A stretch of DNA of 63,453 nt, the filler included, from Octopus bimaculoides (lineage: Eukaryota): NCBI RefSeq assembly GCF_001194135.2. It is 6 parts of 5 records of this genome, joined end to end, with 100 filler letters (N's around TTAATTAATTAA, not from the genome) between each part and the next. Parts side by side here need not be neighbours in the genome. Positions count along the whole stretch, not along the records: positions 51,667 to 54,986 come from NW_026438091.1; positions 55,087 to 56,820 come from NC_069005.1; positions 56,921 to 61,181 come from NC_068999.1; positions 61,282 to 63,453 come from NC_068989.1; 2 more parts are not named here. One strand, 5' to 3'. Positions 52,908-63,347 of the stretch are shown here, one piece after another. Numbering within the stretch: the stretch's first letter is position 1; each line of letters opens with the position of its first letter. The notes below the pieces were generated by a model that saw nothing but the letters and a program-made list of their open reading frames with translations, was not told the origin of the DNA and made no database searches. The position numbers and the translations under genes were made by a program.

Positions 52908-54986
52908 TATCTCTTTATTACCCACTAGGGGCTAAACAAAGAAGGGACAACACAATCTAATTGGGGTCAGATTAAAACATGAGGTTACATAAAATATGAA
53001 ACAATTAAAAATTTGGATATAATGAAATCGGTGAAATCGGAAATCGAATGCTACGACATACAATGTACAAAACAACATAGAAAGATGAAGTGGGGGACTG
53101 GGTTACGCTCCGACTCCACAAGCTCCATCCCACCACTGGCACTTTTGAAGACACTTATGGCATATTCAATTGGAATCTTTCACTCGCAAGTCTCGAGCGA
53201 CATACTTCCATCTTGATTGGAACACTTTCTCCGACAGACATTTCCTCTCCAGTCATATTTTTCTTTTCAAATGAAAAGAAAAATATCTCACCAGGTGATG
53301 GCTGGATATGAAAGTGCCCGTCTTGGCCCCTTTCATTCGAGTCTTCCACACTACCTCTTTCGCTACTGCTATTATAGTGAGGAAACATTTCTTACCTTTG
53401 TTTGATAACAAACTTGGCGGGTCAATTTTTATAATTGACTCAGCTGACAACTGTAATCTTCCTTCACTTGACACTAGGTGTTCCACGTAAACCCACATTT
53501 CAGAGACTCTTGAACACTGTACAATAGCATGCGGGGCGGTTTCCCTATCCCGCCCGCATCTTGGACAGGTCGGTGATGTCTGCATTCCATGTCTTGCAAG
53601 TTTATCGCGAACGGGTAAGGCTCCTCTGTAACATTACCAGGTCAAAGACATTTGGAAATTATCCAACGACTTCAACCTGAATGTACGAAAGAACAGGCTG
53701 TCGAGTTCAATAAATCCGAGACCCAGAGTCGTTCCCAGGCCATCGTCACATTCTGCCTCTACTAACCCTCTATAGAAGAATGCTGTAGAACCCCCGCTGC
53801 CGGCGTTGCCCGAGCGTCGGAATAACAGGAGGGCCTTACAACACTCCGTGTACCATAAACTCAACCTCGGACTGTGATAGCACCAAGCTTCCTTTGCACT
53901 CTACTGGCGAACTTGGGGAACATTTGTCTTGCCAACGGAGACCACAGCTGGTCACCATCCAGGAGTATCCAAAGATGCCTCAACCTCAACGCGTGCCTGC
54001 GCATCATCAACCAAGGCATCCCTAAACCTCCCTTTAACGGTTTCTGGCAACAGATAGAGCGTCTCACAAGTGGCTTTGAGCCCCTCCACAAAAAGTGAAA
54101 GAGCTGTCTTTCCAACTTGGTCAACTATGAATCAGGGCAAGGAACGACGGTCAGGCGATAGGTAATAACCGATGCGATGAACACATTGGCTACCTCCGCC
54201 CTCCCATTCAAGGACAGCCTTCGCCAAGACCAACTCTTGGCTATACCGGCCACCTTGCTCAAAACCTCTGCCCAGTTCTTCTCCACCTGGTGGTCTGGAC
54301 CAAACCAAACTCCCAGCAACTTAACCGGTCCCTCCGTCCAGCATCCTACGACACTATCCGAAGGCATCGACTTGCTCCTCCAGGTGCCGAGTTGCAAGCC
54401 GACTGACTTATCCCGATTAATCTTTGCTCCTGCCACTGTCTCGTAATCCTCAATAACCTCGCCTACTTTACGCAGGCGTGTCATTGTGGTCACGCTGATG
54501 GTGATGTCGTCCGCATACACTGTAACAAACTCCCCCAAGACCGGCGCTCTTGGGATCTCTCTCAGCTTTATCAGCAGCGGCTCAAGAGCCACCATGTACA
54601 AAAGCGGAGAGAGTGGACACCTCTGACGAACCGAACGCTTGATGAAGAACGGCTTAGAAAGAAAACCGTTCACCCGAACTAGCGAGTCGATGTTGTGATA
54701 CAATTGAATAATCCACCTGAGGAAACAGACGCGCAAGCCAAACCTCGCAAGAACACTCACCAGGTACCGATGGCCGACCCTATCGAAAGCGTTAGATGCA
54801 CCAAAGCCCCCCCCCCTCTGCCAGTCTTAGTCCCAAACCTCTCTATGGTATAGCAGATAAGGTGGAGATTATCCTGAATGGTCCTGCCGGGGATGGCACA
54901 GGTCTCTGCCTCCCCAATCAAACCATCCGTGACACACGCCAACCTTTTCGCTAATACCTTGGCCAAAATCTTCACTTCTGTATTTA
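52908..54986 (-). mobile_element. Tx1/L1-clade LINE copy A: RT, CCHC C-terminus and 3' UTR (degenerate)
   Basis: KILAKVLAKRL, IPGRTIQDNLHL, SVRQRCPLSPLLY..ALEPLL, VYADDIT, GAKINRDKS, KPL.GGLGMP and CPRCGRDRETAPHAIVQC, with several frameshifts and stops. Confidence 0.95.
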
Positions 54987-55111
54987 NNNNNNNNNNNNNN
55001 NNNNNNNNNNNNNNNNNNNNNNNNNNNNNNTTAATTAATTAANNNNNNNNNNNNNNNNNNNNNNNNNNNNNNNNNNNNNNNNNNNNATATATATATATAT
55101 ATATATATATA

Positions 55112-55273
55112 CGACAGGCATCTTTCAGTTTCCGTCTACCAAATCCACTCTCAAGGTTTTGGTCGGCCCGAGGCTATAGTAGAAGACACTTGCCCAAGGT
55201 GCCACGCAGTGGGACTGAATCCGGAACCATGTGGTCGGTAAGCAAGCTACTTACCACACAGACACTCCTGCGC
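55112..55273 (-). mobile_element. SINE family A head, young
   Basis: Nearly identical to 850-1011. Confidence 0.9.
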
Positions 55274-55289
55274 CGATGGAAATGAAGTC

Positions 55290-55445
55290 AGGCTCTTTAC
55301 CCGGCGTGATAACCATTCCAGGAGTTCGAAATTCTGATACACCAAGCGAATTCAACACAAGACACCCGAAGAAGGCTGGAGTGTACAGCAGCCGAAACGT
55401 AGTGAGAGTAACAATGAAGATGACGTCACAAGTCTGACTAATATA
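55290..55445 (+). mobile_element. Penelope-like terminal remnant with a hammerhead-like motif
   Basis: CCGAAGA-A-GGCTG...CAGCC-GAAACGT...ACGTC. The order of core boxes and stems fits the minimal hammerheads found in Penelope pLTRs. Confidence 0.45.
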
Positions 55446-55558
55446 AACAGCATAGTGTTATCGCCGGGTTTTGCATCTGTTAGAATAGTTAATTCCTGCC
55501 AGAACAGTCATTTCTCTTTCCATCAATCACTGTGGATTAGAACAATTGGTCGGGGATG

Positions 55559-56135
55559 TTCACCCTTTAGCATTCAAATTACTCAGTCGGGTGTAATGCT
55601 TCTTTAGTCACACAGTTTTGAATTGATCATGCATTATCTTGTAGCTTCGAGATTTCAATGATGTGATTGTTGCCTTCGCCTTCGCGAAAGCGGAGGCATT
55701 GTTGTCAGTCGTGGACAAGATATCTCAAGAACCGCTGGGGGGATTCGGATGAAACTTTCAGGGATGTTTGGCCTCGTAACTGGCACGAACTGATTAGATT
55801 TGGGAATCGATCTAGTACCGAACGAGGATTCTGGATTATTTTTCAGTTTTTTTTTTACTTAATTTTTGAGAGCATTCAGGTTCGTTTTTAGTATTCTCGT
55901 TTGTGAGAGCAGTCGAGTTTATTTCAGATATTCACATTTTAAAAATCACCTCCGGCTAATCGTTGAGAGAACGTTGGTGTTGCCTTGGCGGAGGTTTGCG
56001 CTCTCTGAGTGCTCTTGTTTATTTTTTAGAACGACATTGTAAGCTAGGTGTGAGAGGCGGGGTCTGACTGGTTTGAACATAAAACAGCCAGAATATTTGG
56101 GCCTGATATGACCAGTTTAAATGCTAAAAAAGGGG
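55559..56135. mobile_element. TTAA-family MITE interrupted by a Helentron-type non-autonomous element (about 55668-56019)
   Basis: The MITE halves match 27361-27590. The insert has CCTTCGCC/GGCGGAGG subterminal inverted repeats, a 5' GCCTTCGCGAAAGCGGAGGC palindrome, a 3' hairpin GCGCTC-TCT-GAGTGC, and T-rich junctions. Confidence 0.7.
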
Positions 56136-56569
56136 ACAGTTATAGCAACTACTATTTCTTAATAACCATCAAGAAAAGTTTTGTTGGAGCTTTGTAAAAA
56201 TGTTGATGCATGTTAGAACAGTCAGAGACATTTAGTGACTTAAATTCCAGACTCTATGTTATTAACATACATAACTGTTCATATTTACTTAGAAAAGTTC
56301 TTCCATCTTGTCTGAAAGCTGCCAAAAATCTAGGGCCTGATATGACCAGTTTAAATGCTAAAAAGGGGACAGTTATAGCAACTACTATTTCTTAATAATC
56401 ACCAAGAAAGGTTTTGTTGGAGCTTTGTAAAAATGTTGATGCATGTTAGAACAGTCAGTTAGAGACATTTAGTGACTAGAATTCCAGATTCTATGTTACT
56501 AACATACCTAACTGTTCATATTTACTTAGAAAAGTTCTTCCATCTTGTCTGAAAGCTGCCAAAAATCTA
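56099..56569. repeat. About 234-bp tandem duplication spanning a MITE end and a candidate 41-bp exon
   Basis: Units 56099-56332 and 56333-56569, with a few substitutions and indels. Confidence 0.95.
56526..56566 (-). other. Candidate 41-bp exon (coding status unclear)
   Basis: Acceptor gcagtttctgtag and donor A|gtaaat. Confidence 0.3.
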
Positions 56570-56920
56570 CAGAAACTGCATAATATTTCCAATATCGATC
56601 GGCAGAATGATTGAATCAGAGTAAAAAGTTTCTACGCTCTTCCCGCTTCTTCTCTTTAATATTTCCGTCGAATCACGTGTCGGCACACTTCCAGTTATAA
56701 TGCAGTTTTATGTCGATAAATACACTACCAGGTGGATGACGGTTAAAAGGGTTGGTGGTGGATGTGCCTGGGGGCCGGGGTGAGGTGGCTGTTGTTAATG
56801 GCGCTGCGGTGGGTGGTGGGNNNNNNNNNNNNNNNNNNNNNNNNNNNNNNNNNNNNNNNNNNNNTTAATTAATTAANNNNNNNNNNNNNNNNNNNNNNNN
56901 NNNNNNNNNNNNNNNNNNNN

Positions 56921-56966
<46 letters not shown>

Positions 56967-57339
56967 CAAATGAAATATATATATATGTTTATACACCCCT
57001 CCTCACACACACATATACACATGTACATATAACTTATTCACTTCTCATCCTCTTATCATTCATATTGTGTCCACCCTCCCATACAGATCCTGTATTAATC
57101 CTTACCCGTATTCTGTTCTCCTCAGAACATCACCCCTCCAAAGCGAGAGTGTTTCAGAAAGATATTGAACTCAGAATACAAAGCGGTGTAATTTAATACT
57201 GGAAACTGTGTGTCTGCCGCTCTACCGATTCTACCCTTTTATCGCCTTCCACATCATGGCAGAGAGAAACTAAATACCTTGTGGTATTTAGGTCCGCTCA
57301 TTTACATTCTTATTACGATTTACACCCAGGTCGACTTAC

Positions 57340-57420
57340 CATTCTTTCTTCCGAAGTCTGCAAAATATGAACTGGTGAAAGTACTGGAAGTGAGAGGGAG
57401 TGATAATTGACTATACCCAA
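57340..57420 (-). other. Candidate first exon ending in ATG directly before a consensus donor; 5' boundary arbitrary
   Basis: ...CGGAAGAAAGAATG|gtaagt in a unique, relatively CpG-containing region. Confidence 0.3.
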
Positions 57421-57929
57421 GATGATCACAGTCTAATGACGGCGACAGACTTAAATAATGATCTGATGGTTCGGTTTCAGTTTCTTCCTGTAACTGTTTT
57501 AGTTACTACACTTCACCAATTCCTTGTAGGAAGGTTATAAACATATAAAGATTCTGTTGATTCTGAAGCTTTATGGTTTATATTTTATGTTTTATATGTT
57601 AACGATTTAATTTTTCTTACTTGCTGGGTTCACGGGAAGGGTCAGTACCCATGTGCTTCCTAGGTTCTCTAAGACCTGTGAGATTAATGCCATTAACGTT
57701 CCCATATGCATTTTAAGTCAACACCCGTGGGAAGTATGTGACCAAGGAGGTAATTATAGAAGCCGAGGTAGGAGAGGCGTAGTTCGGGGTAGGACAGAAA
57801 TTAGTATAGTGATTAGTGCGGGTCCTGAAGGGCTTGAAAACAATTAACCTTTGTCATTCTGGAGAACCAAAAGGAAACTTGTTTTGCGGGTCTACCTAAC
57901 GCCGGTTATCACACGTTAGATCCTAGAGT

Positions 57930-57961
<32 letters not shown>

Positions 57962-58029
57962 TGTATGTATGTATTATGTATGTATGCATGTATGTATGTA
58001 TGTATGTACGTACATACGTGTGTATGTAT

Positions 58030-58820
58030 ATATGTTATTATTCAGTTTATTTCAAGATCTCTTGCCAATAGAGAAAGAATCGGTTTCTAACCAAGATCCA
58101 AAGCTCCTTCATTGAAATTTCAACATCAGCAACAGGGTATTTTTGTTTGTATGTACGTACGTATGTATGTATGTATGTATGTATGTATGTATGTAGGTAG
58201 GTAGGTAGGTAGGTAGGTAGGTAGGTAGGTAGATAGGTGCAAATTTGTTTTATGTATGTATTTTATGTATTTTCATACATATAGTTGCATATCTAGAAAT
58301 GCTCATTTATATTTAAATGATAAATTTCTGGAAAGTTTTACAGATTTTTACAGTCCCAGTGATGGGACTGTAAAATTAGCTTTCTCCTTTCTGGTTTAGA
58401 GAAACCTAATTTCTCAAGATTGGTATTTAGACAGTGTGTTACATGTCTCAGGACCCCAATAATTACAGGTATAAACCTGAACTTGTAATCTGGATAGAGT
58501 AACTGCAGATTTATCAATATCCATCATAAGTGTTCTCTTTTTAGCTTTATGTTAACATCCGCTGGGCAGCTAATTTTCGCAACTGTGCACAGTTTCTCTA
58601 CTCTATCCCAAATCATTATATCAGGTCTGTTGTACTTACATTTTAATGAGGTCTTCACTGGTACATTCCACCAGTATTCCTGGCTTCTACCATATTGTTG
58701 GTTCTTATTTCTTTGACCTCAGGATTATCCTTCTGATGGATTTCATTAAAGAGTGTCCTAGCTACGATGTCATGTCTCATCGGTAGATAATACCGTGATG
58801 ATATTTTCAGACTTTATAAA
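58030..58820 (-). mobile_element. R4/Dong-like (restriction-like endonuclease) non-LTR element, 3' fragment; inferred 3' UTR contains (TACA)n/(TACC)n
   Basis: Broken frames give RHDIVARTLFNEIH, WWNVPVKT..KYNRPDIMIWDRVEKLCTVAKISCPADVNI, YPDYKFRFIPVIIG, and ITGTVKICKTFQKFII*. This is the RHD / PD-(D/E)xK / IPxIIG layout. Confidence 0.75.
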
Positions 58821-60072
58821 CGAAAGGTAATAATGTTATTCACTCAGCCAGTAACGCAAGTAGATGTAAATTATATTTCAATTGCTGTGATAGACCTGGC
58901 TGTTAAAACCAGCTCAGTGGCGCCTCACACCTCTTCAACAAAAAGATTTCACCTATTTCTTTTTCTATTTTTTGTACTTTTTCTTTTTCATATTTCTCAC
59001 TGTAACAATTTTTTAGTTTGAAATAACATTACTCATTTGATTGTGGTGAGCGTATAATGAATAATTAAGATCCATGTACATACATTACTGCTATTAAATT
59101 TATCGACAGACTCAGAATAAAGAGGGACTAACAAATAGAAGTAGCAGTAAGTATAACAAGGTATGTTAGACTATGGTATACCGACCCAGTCCATCTGACA
59201 TTTTACATTTGTTAGTATAAATTTCATTAATTAAAAGACATAATTACATTACATATTAAGAAATACAATAATATTCTTTATGGCGTCTTGGCTTAAATTG
59301 ACTTATTAGAAGTAATTATAATTATAATTGTCTCATATGAAAATGTCTTATAGTTTTAGAATGAAAATTAGCAATATGATGAAGCCTGTTTTGTAATTAA
59401 GGTTTTAAATATGACCAAAGGATTATCATTTAATGCAAGATATAATTAAGATTTTCAGTCAACTTCAGTAAGTAAAAACTATATCTGACTAATTTTTGCT
59501 TTGTTTTGTTTTGTTTTCTTGTAATAATTAACTATTAAAAGTTTCTTTTGGAGACTAAATAAGTTATTAACTCTACCTAACTAGATATAGAGTTCTATTG
59601 AGGAAGACCTGGTAGCACTATGGTTACTGCACTTGTCAAACCAAATGATTTCAAATCGCATTAGTGCTCTGCTTACATATGAGAGACGGTTCAATTTCAG
59701 CCATAATCACACACAAAAGCAGACACACACGCGCGCACATTTTAGACTTGTCTGAACTAACGAAACAAATTGTTTATAAACTATAATGCTATTCTGATTG
59801 TCACGAAAAACGTTTCTGTATTCGAGTGTTACGCTTGAAACAGCCTTTAAGACAACAAAACTGAAGACAAAATCGAAATAATTGACATAATGACACAATG
59901 TTATGAGAATCGATAATTTCTTTATATTTATAGTTCAAAATACGCTGAAGAAAATTTATTAAACGTGGAATTTCCACGGGGTGCCACTAGTGTTATTGAT
60001 TTTCCGACTTAAAACCTCTTCTTTAATATGCGTGTATATCTACCTCCCTCCCTCCCTCCCTNNNNNNNNNNT

Positions 60073-61179
60073 AATCTTTGCTTCAGAAAATAACAATGGC
60101 TGACCCTCAGCTTACTCAAGAAATGAAGGCTGAGCATAGCGATTTAGAAATATCTCGATTTTTAAAAGTTGCCGGACTTTCGTCTACAAAATTTGTAAGG
60201 AGTTAGAGACTAAAGATGGAAACGTATCACCAGTATCAAAGCATAAAAAAACATTCTAAACACTCTGAAATCATCAGATCACTTGAATTTATCGAGCAGG
60301 TTCAACAGACCATTGATTACAATCCCAGAAAGTTCATGAGGTCAATTGCAAAAGATCTCCATGCGTCAGAAGGAACAGTCAGAAATGTTGTCCACGAAGA
60401 CATCAGATATAAGTGTTATATGATGACGAAAGGCCAATTTGTTAGAAAAAAGCAAAAGAAAATCATTACATCAGATATAGAAGGTTGTTAAACAAACTGA
60501 AAAATCCAGCCGAAGAAGATTTGATTTGTTTTTTTTTTTTCAAACGAGAAAAACTTCGACCAACATCAAAACGTTAACAGAAGAAATGACACATGGTTAT
60601 GTGCAAACCCTTCTGAAGCTCCAAGTGTAATGCATAAAAAATGTTCTGCAACTGTCATATGATGCCTCCTTACTTCATTCCACAGTGCCTTAAAGTTAAC
60701 TCTGCCACCTACATTAAGGTCCTGGAAATAATTGTTAAGCTCTGGATAGACAGTGTATGCAATTGAAGGCCATATGTGTTTCAGTAAGACTCTGCACTTT
60801 CGCAGATGGCTCTAAAAACACAGGGATGACTGAGTGAAAATTTTCATGATCGCATAACCCCTAACATTTGGCCTCTTAATTCCCTAGACCGCAATCCATG
60901 TGGAGCGTTATTGAGAGAGAGGTCAATGAACGCGTCCATAACACCAAAGATTCTATGAAAGCTACCATAGTCAGAGTAATGTCCAAAATGAACCAGGACC
61001 ACTTGATTCGAGCATGTAGATGATTTAGATCTCATATAGAAGCAGTTGTTGAAGTTGAAGGTAGCTTTAGTGAATAACATTATAGAAAAGAAGGTTTATT
61101 TTTAGCCTCATAGCATTTTTTTGATAAAGTTGTTATCTGTTAAAAAAAATATGTCCTCAAATATCTTACGCACCCTGTA
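60073..61179 (+). mobile_element. Decayed Tc1/mariner transposon, maT (DD37D)-like
   Basis: MRSIAKDLHASEGTVRNVVHEDIRYK, FFSNEKNFDQ, PPYFIPQCLKVNS..YIKVL, Q*DSA, WPLNSLDRNP. The right end is TATCTTACGCACCCTG-TA; the left end is lost in a gap. Confidence 0.85.
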
Positions 61180-61419
61180 TANNNNNNNNNNNNNNNNNNN
61201 NNNNNNNNNNNNNNNNNNNNNNNNNTTAATTAATTAANNNNNNNNNNNNNNNNNNNNNNNNNNNNNNNNNNNNNNNNNNNNGGTATTGACACCAACCCCC
61301 ACGGCTGTAGTAAAAGAGATTTTTCCAAGGTGCCGCGCAGTGGGGCCGAGCCCGAAACCGCATGGTTAGAAAGCGATCTTAACCAGATAACAATGCCTGC
61401 GTCTATTAAAAGCACAATG

Positions 61420-62273
61420 TTATTTCATTCCACTTCAGCATGGCTGTTCCGTAGGAACCGACATAACTACCATTTTTAATCCCAGGAGCAGCCTCCTCCA
61501 GTGGTTATCGATGCAATCTGCACCCGATATATATTGCCAGCAGAGGAGCGAACACCTACCATCTTCCAACGACGACGACCGGACAACCAGACTGTTCGGT
61601 TTCGAGCTATTTGTGCTCATCCTCGGTGGTGGACATCCGTCCGCTAGAAATAGCAGTAGTTCGTTTCAGCTCGCAATAATAAAAACAAATGCGCCCTTTT
61701 AAAGTCTAGCCAGGCTCATGGGCCCGGTTTCCCAGTTTCTATGGCGTATGTGTTCTCCAGCTGGACGGGACGCCAGTCCCTCGCAGCGTTACTCAGTTTT
61801 GCCAGCTGAGTGGACTGGAAGAACGTGAAATGAAGTGTTTTGCTCGAAAACACAACGCGTCACCCGGTCCAGGAATCGAAAGCACGATCTTACGATCATG
61901 ATGCTGACACCCTAACCACTAAGCCACGCGCCTCCACTCAGCTCGCAATACATACAAAAAATAACTGCCAACCAGTCACTGATCTTGCAACAAGCAAAGT
62001 AGCTACTTAGAAAATCTACATAAAGAGATGAAAGTAGTAACTATTACTGAAAGGTAATGTTTACCACAACTTCAACATGGCTGTTCCATAGAAACTGACG
62101 TCACTATCATTTGCTTGTTGCAAGATCGGTGACGGATTGTCACTTACTTTTCTATATATTGCGAGCTGGATGAGGCTTCTCCTGGGTTAAAAATAATAGC
62201 AAAGTCGGTTCCTATCGAACAGCCATGTTGAAGTGGTGATAAACATTACTTCTCAGTATAGTCACTACTTCAT
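61420..62273. mobile_element. Composite TIR element: three copies of a CACTTCA(G/A)CATGGCTGTTC...GAA(A)C(C/T)GAC terminal module, with a nested SINE
   Basis: Modules at about 61437 (+), 62070 (+) and 62180-62240 (-). 62028-62273 forms a MITE with about 65-bp imperfect TIRs. Confidence 0.6.
61695..61935 (-). mobile_element. Young tRNA-headed SINE (family D head, GACTGGCGTCCCGTCCAG box)
   Basis: On the minus strand: GGAGGCGCGTGGCTTAGTGGTTAGGGTGTCAGC...GTTCGATTCCTGGACCGG; CpG-rich. Confidence 0.85.
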
Positions 62274-62442
62274 TTCATACAGATTTTCTAACTAGCTACT
62301 TTGCTTATTATTTCATTCTCCTATTTAACTAATTACTTTTTATTCATAATATATTTCGTATATTATCTAATTCAGTTATTCAATATATTCTCTTATTCCT
62401 TCATTCCACTATGTTTATTACTCTAAAATCTGTTGCATAAAC

Positions 62443-62860
62443 GGCGAGCTGGCAGAAACGTTAGCACGCCGGGCAAAATACTTAGCGGTATTTCGTCTGT
62501 CTTGACATTCTGAGTTCAAATTCCACCGAGGTCGACTTTGCCTTTCATCTTTCGGGGTCGATAAATTAAGTACTAGTTACGCACTGGGGTCGATGTAATC
62601 GACTTAATCCCTTTGTCTGTCCTTGTTTGTCCCCTCTATGTTTAGCCCCTTGTGGGCAATAAAGAAATAAGAAACGTTAGCACGCCGGGCGAAATGGTTA
62701 GCGGTATTTCGGCTGTCTTTATGCTCTGAGTTCAAATTCCGCCGAGATCGACTTTGTCTTTCATCCTTTCGAGGCCGATAAATTAAGTATCAGTTGCGTA
62801 CTGGGGTCGATCTAATCAACTGGCCTCCTCCTCCAAAATTTCGGGTCTTGCTCCTAGAGT
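62443..62860 (+). mobile_element. Two family B SINEs in tandem; the first ends in a Tx1-like tail, the second in the usual tail
   Basis: AGAAACGTTAGCACGCCGGGC starts at both 62454 and 62670. 62627-62669 matches the LINE 3' end at 52908-52950. Confidence 0.9.
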
Positions 62861-63347
62861 AGAAAGGTATAATTTATGTTACATACTGTAGCCCTTTATT
62901 GCATGTTTCATAATAAATTTTTTAAAGTTCTTATTTGTTTAAAGAATGCTATCCATGTCTCTTTTAACACGTCTATTCGATACACCCTCTCTAACCGATC
63001 AGCCATTTGTTTTGTTACTTTTTGCTTTTGCTTTTAACCCTAGGAGTAAAACTCCACTTGCCAGAGGCTCGCATTTGGTTCCATTTCCCATTTAATTCCT
63101 TTACCATGCACATTCATATCTATTTTTCTTCATCATTATCTTCTTCTACATCATCGTCGTCTTCTTCATCCCCCCTTCTTCTCCCTTTTCGTGTTCCTCT
63201 CTAATTGACTCCTCTCTTTCGATCTCTCTCTATCCGTCTCTCTTCTATCTGTTTCTGTTTCTTTCTCACTGATTGTCTCTCTTTCTCTCAGTTTTTTGTG
63301 TGTATCTCTCTCTCCCTTCGTCACTTTCCTCTCTCCTTGCATCCCTT

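Noticed and set aside
61860-61935. tRNA gene (also other tRNA-like heads)
   Set aside because: A/B boxes run directly into SINE bodies and there is no complete acceptor stem.
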